A stretch of 64,000 nt of DNA, from assembly GCF_011745625.1 (NCBI RefSeq), contig NW_027191454.1:248001-312000 (forward strand). Reading direction: 5' to 3'. Under the pieces are notes generated by a model. It saw nothing but the letters and a program-made list of their open reading frames with translations. It ran no database searches and was not told the origin of the DNA. This DNA is from Cladosporium halotolerans (Eukaryota). A program made the translations under genes and the position numbers. The stretch's first letter is position 1, and each line of letters begins with the position of its first letter. Of the stretch, positions 11,184-24,672 are shown one piece after another.

Positions 11184-14077
11184 TTAAGCATCGTACGCCG
11201 CCGCGATGCCAGGCGCCGGACCCTCCAAGTCCACCCTCTCGACTCTGGAGCGGATCTCCCTGCTCTCCCTCGTCAGGTTGCCGAAATACTTGCGCGCGAC
11301 CTCGCTCTCGCTCTGCACCTTGCTGGTCTCCTTGCGCTGCTCCTGCAGGTTCTCGACGTTTCGCTGCAGGCCTTCGCGCAGCTTGTCGGCAGGGTACTTG
11401 AGCGCGCGGCGCACCTCGGTCGAGATTCGCGTGGCGTTCGAGTGCGTGTAGTCCAGAGCCTCCAGCTGGGCTGAGAGCTTGGCTGAGAGGCGGCGGGGAA
11501 GAGTGTGTGGGATCTGCGAAAGCGTGTAGCTGATACCGAGAACGGCTGCGATGGGGTGTTAGCTTCATGAGATGCATAGCCTGACGTGACGAAAGACTTA
11601 CCAGTGAGAATCAAGCCAGGAATCAAGAGGCGGCGCATATTGTTCGCCCCGACAAGTCTTGTCGCAGTCAAGGCACCGTCTACCCAGCCGACACCGCCAA
11701 TCATCCTCGTTCCAACAACACCAGCGACAGTGACTGCCATGCTGGTGGACGCGACCTTCTCCTGCCTCTCCCAAATGCTCGCCACGTCGAAAAAGTCCCA
11801 AAGCTCTGGCTCAAACTCGACCTGTCTGACCAAGGCATCCCGCTTACTCCTGAACATCTTCTCCGACCTGAAAGTCAGATCGGTGTACGAGTCTCCGAGG
11901 TGAAGTAGACCGAGTTGCTTGATTCCAGAGACGCCCTGCACAGTCTTCTCGCGGCCGCGGGCTTCACACCATCTGACCGTCTCGGTGATGTGGTTCAGCA
12001 TAGCAACCTTGAGGTCATCGGCGTAGTTGTACGCGCCGAAGATACCGGGGTACTCCACGCCAAGGTCGTTCTCGGCGACGTGTGCGATGGATGAGTTGAG
12101 GGTGCCGCGGGTGAGGTCGTACACCTCTTGGCCTGTTGTCTCAATCTGCGTGGCCACGTCTTCGTCTGCCTGGCTGCGCGCCTTCTTAGATTTCTCGAAG
12201 ACGGGTTCCAGGTCCTGGAGTTCCTTCGTGACACGGTCGTACTCGCTCTGTGCAACGTCCTTGTTCACGCTGGCGAGGGTGCTGAGGTCGCCAAGGACGT
12301 TCATCAAGTACGTCTTGGCCGGCGCCAGCTTCGAGCGTGCCCTCTTCTCGAGAACGAAACGGCGTAATGAGGCTTCCAGCTCGTCGAAGTCTTGCTGCTT
12401 TTCCTTCTCCTTCCCTTTACCTTTACCCTTCGGTGGCGACCCGGAATCGCCGTGCTTTCCAGTGTCGTTGTCATCGTCATCGTCGTTGTCGCCTGGGTTC
12501 TTGCCACTGTCGTCGAAAGAGGAACTACCGCTGCCGCTGCCGCCAGGGCCTCCTGGACCAGGACCGCCACCTTGTACCACTGGAATCGCATTACTCGACA
12601 CAAAATGTACGAGCTCCGACGACTCCTTGAATGTTGCCGGGCTGAGATGGGCGACCTGCTTCAAAATCATCTCCTGGCATCGCTTCTGATCGCGAATCAT
12701 GTCGAAACCGTTCACGACCATGAACATGTATGCCTTTTCTCTTGCAGCGTTGAAAATGAACTCCTTGGCCGATAGTGTGAAGTGGTTGGCTGCGGAAACA
12801 ACGAAAACAACGACATCAATCTCTTCTTGACGTGCAAATACAGCCGTCGTCTTGAGAGAATCGTTGTTCAATCCAGGAGCATCGATCAATGCAATGTCAA
12901 CTACTCCGTTGTTGAGCAGTGATTGATCTACCGGCCGGATGTCCCTAATATAGACCTTGCATTGCGACCAACGATCGCCGTCGATGACGATTTCCTCCAG
13001 CTGCTTGAGCGGGTATACTTGGTATGTGCTCTCGTCGTTGCGATTGTAAACGAAACCGTGCGGGATAGCATGGACTTCCTCGACTCCAGTGTTTTCGCGG
13101 GCATCCAACACCTCGCAGAAGATGCTGGTACATGGTTGCTGATCCTCGGGCAAGACCTTGCGACGAAGTAGAGCGTTGCAGAAGGTAGACTTTCCTGCAT
13201 TGAGATCTCCCGTTACCAGGACCTTACTTGAGGTATCCTCAATTCTTTCGCGGAGAGAGAAGAGATGGCGAATGCTGTTGTTGATCTGGTTGTCCAGAAG
13301 AGAAGCGACTGAGGTCTTCTCCAGCGAATGCACGATCTCGGTCTGAGGCAGGCCTTCCATTTTAAGCTCAATCTTCAGAACGGAGAACTGCTGCGCAAGC
13401 TGAGGAGTGACCAGGCGAGGAGCGATTTTTGTTTCCCGCTTGGTGGCATCTCCGCTCGATTCGGCAGACTGAGACTCCCCAAGCGATGTGCCAGCCCTCC
13501 TCATCATCGGTCGAGCAGGCTCCTCAGACGCGCGGCTGCTGTCCTCAACTCCTCGGTTGTTGTCCATAGTCGACTGAGTGTGGTGTAGCCCTGGCCTAGG
13601 AGCATTTCGCTGCCCTGGTGGGGAAGGCGGCCTCTGGACGGTCGGGTAATGCGCCGGCCATTTCGTGTTCATCTCTTGTAGCTTCTTCATAGTCTCCACG
13701 GTCTGATTGATCGCCCGGCCAAGCGCTGTGCGGTTCTGATTGTAAAAGAGCTGGTGCACATGGCTCGCCAGCGCCTTTCTCTCATGCTCGGAGGCTGCGC
13801 TGCCCTCTCCTGCTCCCAAAGGCGTATGCGCTGGTGTGTAGCGGTCCTGCGACGGGCCAGGGTGCCATGCGTTCTCCGTGTTCTCATCGCCCGTCATGCT
13901 GCCGCCGTATCCAGAATCTTCGTCGAGGATTGCCTGCAATCTCGCTGCGCTTTCGGATGTCGAGCCAGATCCTACGGTCATGTACTGAGGACGGCCGCCA
14001 GCGCCACGCGGGTTGTTGGAAGAGCTGCTGGCGCCAGGACTGGCGTTGCCGCTGCCGAAGGGGTTGTCGGAGCTCAT
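11184..14077 (-). CDS. FZO1: Mitofusin Fzo1 (dynamin-like transmembrane GTPase)
   Basis: G1 GDLNAGKST, G2 PCTSIF, G3 DAPGLN and VNGFD motifs; C-terminal TM and coiled-coil region. Intron 11546-11601 (GTAAGT...GCTAAC...CAG on minus strand) joins to AVLGISYTLSQIPHTLPRRLSAKL...; stop at 11184. Confidence 0.93.
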
Positions 14078-14474
14078 GATGGTGTGTTTGTTGCGGGGAT
14101 CACCTCATGGCAGAGCATAAAAGAAGTGAAGGGTTTCGCGGTGGCGGATAAATCGTTCCACATGCCTTGAATTGTTTGATGACCGCAGCGACTGCAAGAG
14201 GCGCAGCGGCAAGTCCCGGGAAGCAGAATCCGGGGCCGGGCTTTGCCGTGAAGCCGTGATTGGAGGGCACGCTGGGCTCCACTGTTGCCTCACTGCGACT
14301 GCGACTGCGAGGCACGAGATAAAGCCGCGGAGCATACATAAACAACACTGCGACCTGCCCCAGTCAACACTGTCAAGCTTTCTGGGAGCTAGGAGATTGG
14401 TACTCTATTCATTTCATCGAGCGGTCCTTGCATCCGCAGCAGGAAGCGGAAGCAAATCAGGTCATTCTTCAACC

Positions 14475-15250
14475 ATGAATGTATGCGCCCACAATGCAAA
14501 CGACTACAGGATCATTTCTGACCACTCTTGACAGATCGTCGAATGGGCATTCGGCAAGCGCATGACGCCCGCAGAGCGTCTGCGCAAGCATCAGCGCGCA
14601 CTCGAGAAGACGCAACGTGAGCTCGACCGCGAGCGGACCAAGCTGGAGAACCAAGAGAAGAAGCTGGTGCAGGATATCAAGAAGAATGCAAAGAACGGTC
14701 AGATGGGCGCGGTCAAGGTTCAGGCGAAGGATCTGGTTCGCACGCGACGCTACATTCAGAAGTTCTACCAGATGCGCACCCAGCTGCAGGCGATTAGTTT
14801 GCGCATTCAGACCGTGCGGAGCAACGAGCAGATGATGCAGAGCATGAAGGGCGCGACAAAGCTTCTGGGCAGCATGAACAAGCAAATGAACCTGCCGGCG
14901 CTGCAGCGAATTGCTATGGAGTTCGAGAAGGAGAACGACATCATGGATCAGAGACAGGAGATGATGGACGACGCTATTGACGATGTGACTGGGTTGGAAG
15001 ATGAGGAAGAAGGAGAGGAGGTTGTGAACCAGGTTCTTGACGAGATCGGAGTGGACCTTGGGCAATCGGTAAGTGGCGTTCGGTGCATACCTCTGCGCAA
15101 ACAAGCTAACGCTGGAAACAGCTTGGAGAGACACCTCAAGGGCTACAAGGCCAGAAGGTCCAGGAGGGTAGGGTGGCGCAGGCTGTTGGTGGTGGCGGTG
15201 ATCCTGGCGATGATGACCTGCAAGCACGCCTTGACAGCTTACGAAGATAA
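14475..15250 (+). CDS. DID4: ESCRT-III subunit Vps2/Did4 (CHMP2A)
   Basis: 6-nt coding first exon ATGAAT (14475-14480), intron 14481-14534, then IVEWAFGKRMTPAERLRKHQRAL...; intron 15069-15121; C-terminal MIM1 motif DDDLQARLDSLRR*. Confidence 0.93.
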
Positions 15251-15953
15251 GATGATTTTTACGATAAACGATTGATTGTGTGCGAACGTATACCCATATC
15301 GAGCTAAGCTCAACCAGCTACACATGCATGCCTTTAAGATTCCGCTGTGATGATTAACATGTTCTCAAAGAACCGCGGCGTCAGGCCAATTGTATATGTA
15401 GGAATATTTTACCAGCTTGCGTGCACTCTCCCACCAGGCGCAAAAGAATGTCGCGTGTGCACGTCCCGTTCCTGGCATTATCAAGCTGTTGCTGCTGTCA
15501 TGCACACGTCGCTTGTCGGGTCGAGGCCGTAGGCGGCGATACGTCAGCGTTCCCGCAGGCGGCTGCAAGACCACCCCACTCTCAGGTTTCCCTGCGCTCT
15601 GGGCTCGCCATCGACACCCAAGTGACCTCGCACGCCGACCTCGCCGAGAGTTGCAACTTCACTTCATCGATCCCTGCTTCTCGGCGCCAGGTACTTCCCA
15701 GTCGTCACTGCTTGCACTGCGCCGCTCGACTGCCCTGCAACATCAACTTGCTCACGCAGCCCCTACACCTCGGCGCACCGGAAGCGCGTGACGCACCGAG
15801 TCCGGACACCACCCACTCCACGCAACAACCCACCTAAGACATATTGCACAACCTACACCCACCTACCAGGTCTACATTACCCTCGACAGCTATCTAGCTG
15901 TGCTTAGTCGCTCACCAAAGCCACCTTTGTTGCAATTGCTCAGACCCCGTTCC

Positions 15954-16071
15954 GTAAGCGGCCCCCGTCCTTTCTAGCCTTTCAGGCGCTAGCAAGCAGC
16001 ATCAGGCGCCTTGTTTGCGCGAAACCTGCCATATACTTGCTATCAAGTGCTAACGACAGTGTCTCATACAG
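15954..16071 (+). other. Probable 5'-UTR intron of PTC1
   Basis: GTAAGC donor at 15954, TGCTAAC branch site near 16048, CAG acceptors near 16059 and at 16071; lies in an ATG-free leader upstream of the 16207 ATG. Confidence 0.6.
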
Positions 16072-16206
16072 CCACCTACCTTGCCTGCAAGCTTCACTGC
16101 CTGCCACGATTACTCTTGCGGCCACATCAACCCCACAGCCCACGCAATACCCAACGAATTCGACTAGTCACGCCCACCCGATCCCGGAAGGCTCGGCTCA
16201 AGATAT

Positions 16207-18023
16207 ATGAGCGACACAGCTGCAAGGCCTTCCAGTAATCTGGCCGGTAGTAAACGGAGAAGTATCTCCGGACAAGGAGGGCTTTTCAACAGAATGTTTG
16301 GCAGCTCCAACGGAAACGGCAAGGAGACGAACAACGATGGCGCTAGCAACCCCAAATCAAATGCCAGCACCGGCGGCGACGGCACCCCGAAGCTGAGCTC
16401 CGATGCTGGAAACGAGAGCAGAGATGCGGTCCAGAACGATCTACGCAGCCCGACACGCAAGCCTGAGGAAAGCCCTGCGGGCGAGAAGAAGCGAAGAAGC
16501 AGCGGCGTCGGCCGCGCAAGGGATTTGTTCAGCAGCGCGAAGCAGTCATTGCACAATCTGGGAAGCTCGCCTGAGAATAGGTCTTTCGGCGAGAAGGCGC
16601 AGACACCGTTGCAAAAGCTGGGCAAAGCAGACCCGGCGTTGAGCGTGCCCCAGGGCTCCTTCAACAACTCTGCCGGTGAATCGGTACCGAGCCCTCGGTC
16701 CACATTTCGTGTCGGAGTGACTGAGGACAAGAACAAGAAGTGCAGACGCACTATGGAGGACACCCACGCTTACCTGTACAACTTCCTCAGCACTCCTGCA
16801 CCGGCTCTGGGCGGCAAGGACTCTTCCTCAACCACTTCTGGTGTCTCTCAAGGAAGCAGCCAAAATATTGTTGAGACGGACAACGGCTACTTCTCCATTT
16901 TCGACGGTCATGCGGGAAACTTCGCCGCCGACTGGTGTGGCAAAAAGGTACATTTGCTGCTTGAAGACATTATCCGCAAGCACCCCAACACACCTATACC
17001 TGAGCTCCTGGACATGACTTTCACAACTGTTGATCAGCAGCTGGAAAAGCTGCCTCTCAAGAACAGTGGATGTACTGCTGTGACCGCTGTCCTGCGCTGG
17101 GAGGACAGAATCCCCAATCCTCAATCCGCAACGGGATCCACTGCATTAGCCCCGGCCGCCGCTGCAGCCGCAAAATCAGAAGCCAAGGGCGACGCAGACG
17201 CTGTCCCCACGCAAGCCACCGAGGCCAAGCTCAAGGAGACTGCCACCCGCCAGCGTGTGCTGTACACAGCCAACGTGGGAGATGCTCGCATCGTACTTTG
17301 CAGAAACGGCAAGGCTCTGCGCCTGTCGTACGACCATAAAGGCAGCGACGAGAACGAGGGCAAGCGCATTGCTGGCGCTGGAGGTCTGATCCTCAACAAC
17401 CGTGTGAACGGCGTTCTTGCCGTTACGCGTGCCCTCGGAGATGCTTACATGAAAGACCTGGTTACTGGACACCCTTACACCACAGAAACCGTGATACAGC
17501 CGGATATGGACGAGTTCTTGATTTTGGCATGCGATGGTGTAAGTCGCACAATTGATGATAGCCCCGCGTTGATCTTCTAATGCTAATCCTTCAACAGCTC
17601 TGGGACGTCTGCTCCGATCAAGAGGCCGTCGACCTCATCCGCAACATCCAAGACCCGCAAGCAGCCTCCAAAGTCCTCGTCGACCACGCGCTCGCCCGCT
17701 TCAGCACAGACAACCTGTCTTGCATGGTCGTGCGCTTCGACAGCAAAGCCGTCCAGCAGACCGTCGACAAAGTTGTCGAGCCGATCGGCGTGGAAGGCGA
17801 CCCTCCCACGCGCGCTGGCGGCGTCACCGAGACCGAAGCCATCGTCCGCGACCAGCAGGACCGGCTTTACGAGACCGGGGAGAAGATCGACAAGGTTCCG
17901 TCGCAGGAGCTGCTGGAGGCGGACGAAAGGGTCGAGTCTCCCGGGCCCGAACTGAACCTTGAGGCCGCTGAGGCCGCGAGGAAGGACAAGCCGCCGCAGA
18001 CCGGCAGCGAGGCGGCTAGCTGA
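16207..18023 (+). CDS. PTC1: Type 2C protein phosphatase Ptc1
   Basis: PP2C motifs [45 protein letters not shown] and STDNLS; intron 17539-17597 (GTAAGT...GCTAAT...CAG). Confidence 0.92.
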
Positions 18024-18731
18024 TTTGGAAGGCCGGGTCTCAAATCGATACACGCACGGGTGGCCTTGTCTGTTGCCGTCGAGCACGCTGCATCATTAGC
18101 GGCACTACTGGTTCGGCTCTTGTTTTCCGCCTGGGAATTGCGAAGACGGTGGGGGGAAACGGTACGGAACGGAACGCGCGATACGATTGGCATGGGTTCG
18201 TCATTTTTTCCTTCTCACTATGATCGTGCGCGGGCGAGAGGGCATTGCACAGGGGAGGAACGGACGACTCGCGGGGGAAGTGAACGGACGGTTTGACGGA
18301 TAGCGAGCGCAAAAAACGATTCCTCCATACCTTAGCTAGGCTCAAAAGACCATGAGAGGTTCCCTATTGCATCCACCCGTCAGTGTCTACATTGGTCAAT
18401 GAGGTAGGCAGGTGGTCTCGTGCGCAGATGGCACAGGGTATGGCAGCGGCCGTGAAATTGGTTGGTGGAAGGCGGGGCAGCTCAAGCTCGCTCGCCCACC
18501 CGCCCACCCACCCTGCCACTTCCCCAAAGCTCGCCGCCCGCAGCACAGCCAGCAGCCAGCAAGCGAGTCGCCGGCTCGGGCAGCTCGACGGGCAGCTCGA
18601 CATCACTCTGCAACCAGCACCAGCCCGCGCCAGCCGCGCCGCCTGCTCAGTGCTCCCCTCCCACGCCTCTCTGACACCCTCACCACGCTGCATGCCTCAG
18701 CCCGCGCAGCGCCACGCACCCTCTGCCGCCC

Positions 18732-20364
18732 ATGGAGGAGCAGCCGCACGCCGCCGCCGCCGCCGCCGCTGGCCCGCGGGATGGCGGCCCCGCATCGCAC
18801 ACTCCACACACACCTGGTAGTCCAACCACACCCGCCGCCGCAACCGCAACGGCTGCCGAGGATCACGCCCACGGCGCCATGCAGCACCACCAGCAGCAGG
18901 CCGACGGCACCGCGCCCGTCCCTTCGCCTCCGCCGCCTGCTGCTGACGACACCTCCCCGACCACAACCACCGCCGCCCCGCCGCCTACCGCCTTCGCAGG
19001 CACCGCTCCGGACTACAGCCGCGGCAGCGAGCGCAAAGCATCGCTGCAGCCCAGCGACATCGCCACGAGCCCGCGCGGCACCAACGCCGGTTTTGTCGCG
19101 CCCAGCTCGTACTTGCGGCCGCTGGCTGCGACGCGGGAAAGAGAGGACCAGCAGCAACGGAGCGAGAGCCGGCACCACGGCATGGCGGGCGAGCCTGGCG
19201 CGAGGAAGGTGATGCATCCGTTGGATAGAGAGCAGAGGGAGGGACTGGTGAGTGGATCTGCCCGCGTTTGATTGGAGACTTGGAGAGGCTCATGAGGCTG
19301 ACGGAGGTTGCGTAGCGGGCGATTAGGGCCTTCCTCAAGGTCCGGACGACGTACGATGTGCTGCCGCTTAGCTACAGGTTGATTGTGCTGGATACTGCGC
19401 TGCTTGTGCGGAAGAGCTTGAATATCCTTATACAATGCGGTAGGGTCTTGTCTTGTCTTGTATCGACATGGGGAGAGCTTAACAACTGACACTCAACCAA
19501 CAGGCATTGTATCGGCGCCTCTATGGGACTCCAAGACCTCCACGTACGCCGGCCTCCTCACAACATCCGACTATCTCAACGTCGTGCAATACTACTGGCA
19601 AAACCCCGACGCCCTCGCGCAAATCGACCAGTTCAAACTCAACAGCCTCCGCGACATCGAGCGCGCCCTCGGCGTCACGCCCATCGAAACCGTCAGCATC
19701 CATCCTCTCAAAACCCTCTACGAAGCCTGCCGCCGCATGCTGGAGTCCCGCGCGCGCCGCATCCCGCTCGTCGACATCGACGACGAGACGCAGCGCGAGA
19801 TGGTCGTCAGCGTGCTGACGCAGTACCGCATCCTCAAGTTCGTCTCGGTCAACGTGAAGGAGACGCAGATGCTGCGCAAGCCGCTGCGCGACCTGCGCCA
19901 GGTCGGCACGTACGACAACCTGGCGTTCGCGCGCATGGACTCGTCCGTCATCGAGGTCATCCACGCGCTCGTCAAGCGCAGCATCTCCTGCGTGCCGATC
20001 CTGGACAAGGACGGCGTCGTGCTCAACGTCTTCGAGGCCGTGGACGTCATTGCGCTCATTAAGGGCGGCGACTATGATAATCTGAACCTCACTGTCGGCA
20101 AGGCGCTGGAGAAGAGGTCGGAGGTATGTTCATCGATCTTCTCGTGTATTGTCGCGTGGACTTTCGAGCTGACGGATAAATTTGTAGGACTTCCCCGGCA
20201 TCTACACCTGCACGCTCAACGACCGCCTCGACACCATCTTCGACACGATCCGCAAGTCGCGCGTGCACCGCCTCGTCGTCATCGACGAGCGCAGCCACCT
20301 CGTCGGCTTGCTGTCGCTGAGCGACATCCTGGACTACACGCTGAACAGCCCGCTGGAGGAATGA
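18732..20364 (+). CDS. SNF4: AMPK/SNF1 gamma subunit Snf4 (CBS domains) with long low-complexity N-terminus
   Basis: Exons 18732-19247, 19316-19439, 19504-20123, 20188-20364. Motifs AIRAFLKVRTTYDVLPLSYRLIVLDT, GIVSAPLWDS, LTQYRILKF and DFPGIYTC...RVHRLVVID...LSLSDIL. Confidence 0.93.
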
Positions 20365-20552
20365 GCCACCAAAGAGCAGACGAGAAGGGAAGCACGTCTC
20401 CCCGCTTCTGACAAACGACTTGTACGACGAAGCACCGAAGACGGAGGGAAGGAGCAGCAGCAGTGGATGTCGAAGCAGACCGAGTCCGCGCGGACTCGCT
20501 CACGCGAGCAGCGGAGCCGAGGCGTCGAGAGACGGTTGGTTGGCGGATCGAA

Positions 20553-20702
20553 GACGAGACGAGACGAGACGAGATGAGTTGTTGGGCACTGGGATTGGAC
20601 CAAAACGATAGATACCCGCACACGGCATGGATGGCTGGCTGGCTGGCTGGCACGATGGACGAAACGAGACGAAAACTTCAGCTTCTCCTTCGCTTCGCTT
20701 CA
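20553..20702. repeat. Cluster of short microsatellites in SNF4 3' region: (GACGA)n, (GGCT)n, (CTTCG)n
   Basis: gacgagacgagacgagacgaga, ggctggctggctggctgg and cttcgcttcgctt seen directly. Confidence 0.7.
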
Positions 20703-21464
20703 ATTTGGACGGGGCGCCCTTGGCGCGTCCTCTCTTTCTGTTTACATGGTTTGGGGGCGGTTTGGTGGTTTGCCTTTCGTACGCTATGTGCAAGTTCGGT
20801 ATAGATGAATAGAGCAAAGATCGTTGTTGTGCAAGCTGAGAGGTGACGGTGTCTTCGACGCGGGGTCTCGCGACAATGGGTTCCTAGTCTTGTGATGAAG
20901 GCGGGCTGGATTTGTGCTGCGTGCGTGAGTGAGTGAGGGGCTGCTTTGCGCTGATGAGTGGCTGATTGATGGTTGGTTGCCACGGAACTGACGAGGACTG
21001 TGTCTCGAGACGTCAAGCGGACCGGCGACGAATGGGGAAAGGGAGCTCAATCGGAGGTCTACGATGTAACGTCACGGGCGAAGCGATTGGCAAATCGCTG
21101 CGCCCTTCCTATCCTGAGCAAGATGATGAGGGATGAAGCGCTGGTCGAGCGCCAAGCTTAAGCTCACGGGGCTTGTCTGGTCTTGAGGTCTGGGTCGGAA
21201 AGCTTGTTGTCTCCAACATGGCTGCAGAAGGCTTGTTCAGTCGCGAGCGACGCGGCGAAAGGCTTGAAGGAGACGTCGGGGGTGCGATTGGGGGATGCAT
21301 GTATCGACCGAGCATTGTCAAACGTTCGGAGCGTGGGCATCTTTTCACATTCGATTGGATCGAGATATCCAGACTGCAGAAATTCAAAACTCACAACAGG
21401 AAAGACAGGAACTTGCATTTCTATAAACGAGGATCGCTAACTCTGCGCCCAACAAACCCTTCCA

Positions 21465-21998
21465 TCAAAAAGACCCTCCAGTAGCCATCGTGCCGAACTG
21501 GCCCATCATACTGGTCCCGCGCTTCCAGAAACTCTTCCCTTGGTGATTCTCACCACACACTTTCCCCAAGCGCGCGAGGTGCAGCTCGGCTTTGACGACC
21601 GGATCTGTAGATTCCGTCAGCCCACCAATACTCCAACTTGCAAGCTGATCTGCGAGAGCAGGAAACTCACCAACGCCCGTGGCGTACATGTCCTCCCGCA
21701 TCTCATCCGGGTACCGAAACACCGGGTGATCCAGCGGCAATTCGCGGTACGACGACCATGCGGTATAGTTCGAGCCTTGGGGCGGCGTTTGGGGGCGCAC
21801 GAACGATTGCTCGGGAAGTTTGTCTTGCGGATCTTCCGCGGCGGTCGCTTCGCTTGCTGCGAAGGATCGGGTGAAATCCCTGCTTGAGGCGGTGGTGAGT
21901 TCGGATCGCGCGATGGAGGCTGCTGCTGAGGACGTCTGCGCGAACATCAAGGGGCGGTCGGCGGCGTCTGTGGGCTTTTTGCGCTGGGAGGGGGACAT
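21465..21998 (-). CDS. Small hypothetical fungal protein (about 155 aa)
   Basis: ATG at 21998 in good context. A 66-nt in-frame intron 21605-21670 (GTGAGT...GCTGAC...CAG) gives ...REDMYATGV|DPVVKAELHLARLGK...SFWKRGTSMMGQFGTMATGGSF*. No domain recognised. Confidence 0.6.
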   Translation of the reverse strand: MSPSQRKKPTDAADRPLMFAQTSSAAASIARSELTTASSRDFTRSFAASEATAAEDPQDKLPEQSFVRPQTPPQGSNYTAWSSYRELPLDHPVFRYPDEMREDMYATGVGEFPALADQLASWSIGGLTESTDPVVKAELHLARLGKVCGENHQGKSFWKRGTSMMGQFGTMATGGSF

Positions 21999-24086
21999 GG
22001 CGGTGGGATTCTTGGTTTGTGGGTATGGATGTTGAATTCTCCTATGCGAAGATAAGGTGTGCTTGCTATCCTGGCTGCAGGAGCTTTGCGATATGAGCGT
22101 ATCTCGTCTCACCTTGTGTGTATTGTACTTCCTCTTGCTTTATTTATGGACACGGTTGGCATCCGTGAGAGAAGCCTCAAGCAATTACTGCGACGCTGAG
22201 GGGTCGGTGTTAGTGCTATCAATTAGCCTGAGCGCATATAGGCTGTGCTTGCGTAGGCTAATAAAGATGACAGGCTTGGGCGCATGGTATGGCAAAGCGC
22301 GTGGTAGTAGTATCGCCCATTACAGTACTTTAGCGTTGTCGGCAAGAAATCCACCAATACAGGGCGAACAGAAGGCAGCCACGCCCGAATAAGAAGCACG
22401 CCCCACATATCTCCGTCCGGGGTGGATGGGTAAGGGCGTAAGTGAAGGTAAGGGAGCCTCTTTGTTAGAAAGCTTCGTCTTTTGACTGACATACCAAGAT
22501 CCAAGATCCGCGTTGCAGAGAAGGTCGTGCAATTGCGTTTATTGCGGCCTGGGCGACCGGTCACTGATGGAGAAGTAACATCATTCAGTTGCCACGCACC
22601 ATTGACCTGCCCGCTCAGTAGCCCGCGTGCAAGCGAGCAGCTGTATTGAGGTAAGGCCGAGCCCAAACCTATAGAGCAAGGGAGCATGGAAGGAAACCCT
22701 TGTAGGACTGCGCCGCAACGCCGCAGACGTATACTGTCAGTAACGAAGTCTAGACTTTATCCTACAATCACCCTGTTCGACGGCACACAGCCTCATGTTT
22801 TTGCCATCCTGAATCGCAAAAGTCTTCGTGCAACGAGTGACGGGCGGGATGTCGTTGTCGCTGTCGTTGCGTGACTGGCAATGGCATGCAGTACTTTGTA
22901 CTCACTGTGATCTCTCCTGTCGCATATTCGGCTGGTCTTTTATTTCGTCCGTACAGCCTTGAGATTCGGTCTGGAGCCTCATACGATATCGTACGCTGGG
23001 GTGATCCATTGTTCGACCAGTTGGGTACACCACTCGGGTGTATGTTCGGGTCTCGTCGGCCATCACTATCGATAAGGCGGACGAGGCGGGCCGAAAGCAT
23101 TGGGTTCGAAGTGTCAAAATTATGAAAAGCTTAATAATGACAGCCGGCGTCTGTCGGCAAGGAAGCTTAGCTCTTGTGCAGTCTGGCGAGCTTGACGAGA
23201 ATGAGGTCAGGATGCATGGGCATTTGTGAAGTCGCCGAGACAGACATTCTCGTCTGGTCGGTCAGTCTCCATCCAGATCTCATGGGCTAGACGGTCAAGT
23301 CCGACGATGAGACTCCATTGACTGGGCTCCAATCGCTCGATGATGGGCCGTAGTCCATCGTCATCGATCTGGTCTGGCCTTGGCGATAGGGATCGTGGCT
23401 GGCCGGCCGTTTGATGAGCGCTGGGCTGATGAAACACATCCTCGAGCATTGCCGTCGGGGAAGCGGCGGTGTTTGCAGGCGGTGGCAGGGATGAGCGGTG
23501 ACAGCTCAGCTACCGTACGCAGGCGATCAACACAGCCAAGGATGCGCGTGACAGACGCAGAGTCGTGTGCTGCGGTAGTGATAGACATTCGCAGGAGGCT
23601 CAAGCGGATGCTGGGCCTGCCGAGACAGCGGCAGCCCTAGCCGGGATGCCGCAGCGGCGACTGGCGCTGGCTGGCACTGGCTGGCGATGCTCAGGGGCAA
23701 GCGTGAATAATCTCCGGCCGCAAATTGACTTGGGCGCGCGCGAGGTGCCACCGCGCCCGCCGAGTCGCCCTGCTTGCGAGATCGAGTCGCGTTTTTCCCA
23801 CTGCGCAAGTGATCCTTCCGGCTGACCATACCGTGCGTGCTCTGGCCTGTCCGTCGACGAGCGCGTAATAATCGTCCAAGTCTTCCTCCTCGCCCTCCTG
23901 CACCCCATCGTCTTTCCACCGCCCGCCGAGCCAGCGCCGACAACACCCGAGGCCCAGACCCAGGAGAAGCAGTCGGGCACAGAAGAGACGGACAGGAGGG
24001 AAAAAGCGCATTCGACCGCAGGACACACTCGACACCTCACCAGCTTCGCGTGTGTGTCAGTCAGCGAGCGAGCGAGGAATGAGCGC

Positions 24087-24668
24087 GTAGGTAAGCACAG
24101 CCGCCCTGTCCCCCTTCTGCCTTGCTTTGCCTGGCCATGCACCGCCATGCACCCGCACCCTCCATCCATCCCGCCGGAGAGCGGAGCGCAGCGCTGCCAC
24201 GAGGGCGATGCGCGACACGCGAACGCCCACGCACCACGCACCACGCACCACGCACCACGCACCACGCACCGCACGATTCCGCACCCGCGCCATACCACCA
24301 CCACCACCGTCAGCTTCAGTCAGTCGACCGCAAAGAGACTTCGCGCCTGCAGAAGGACTTGTCATCGCTGTCCTGCGCCTCGGCCGACTGCTCACGCTCC
24401 CGTCTGGGCGTGATCTGTGACCGGCTCGCTGCGCTTCCGCGGCTTCCGTCAGCGAGCCGCGTTGTTCCTGGCGACTGCCTCCCACAACTCTGATCTCATC
24501 CTGCGACCTGCGACCCTTTCGCCAATCTCACCAGCCTGTCTCTCGTTCCCTCTCCACACCCATTGCGCCTGGCCTGCTCTCCACCTGCTCACATCTTCTG
24601 CTGCATTGCGGCCTAGCGCCAGCATAGTAATCCCACCCGCCAGTGGCTAATTGTAATTGCAACACCAG
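24087..24668 (+). other. Long leader intron of LCB2 with two overlapping donors (GTAGGT at 24087, GTAAGC at 24091)
   Basis: Branch site GCTAAT near 24646, acceptor CAG ending 24668, then AAAC-ATG at 24673. An upstream ATG sits at 24079. Confidence 0.6.
24227..24270. repeat. (CCACGCA)6 heptanucleotide tandem repeat inside the LCB2 leader intron
   Basis: Six perfect consecutive CCACGCA units read directly. Confidence 0.9.
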
Positions 24669-24672
24669 AAAC

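Noticed and set aside
14502..14520. ACTACAGGATCATTTCT resembling U3 snoRNA box A
   Set aside because: It lies inside a 54-nt DID4 intron, with no room for the rest of U3 and no boxes B, C or D.
15069..15275. Alternative hydrophobic C-termini of the DID4, FZO1, SNF4 and PTC1 track ORFs
   Set aside because: They result from reading through canonical introns; splicing restores the conserved C-termini.
22768..23449. Two somewhat protein-like minus-strand ORFs as a possible hidden gene or pseudogene
   Set aside because: No recognisable domain, weak codon bias, and no convincing splice model joining them.
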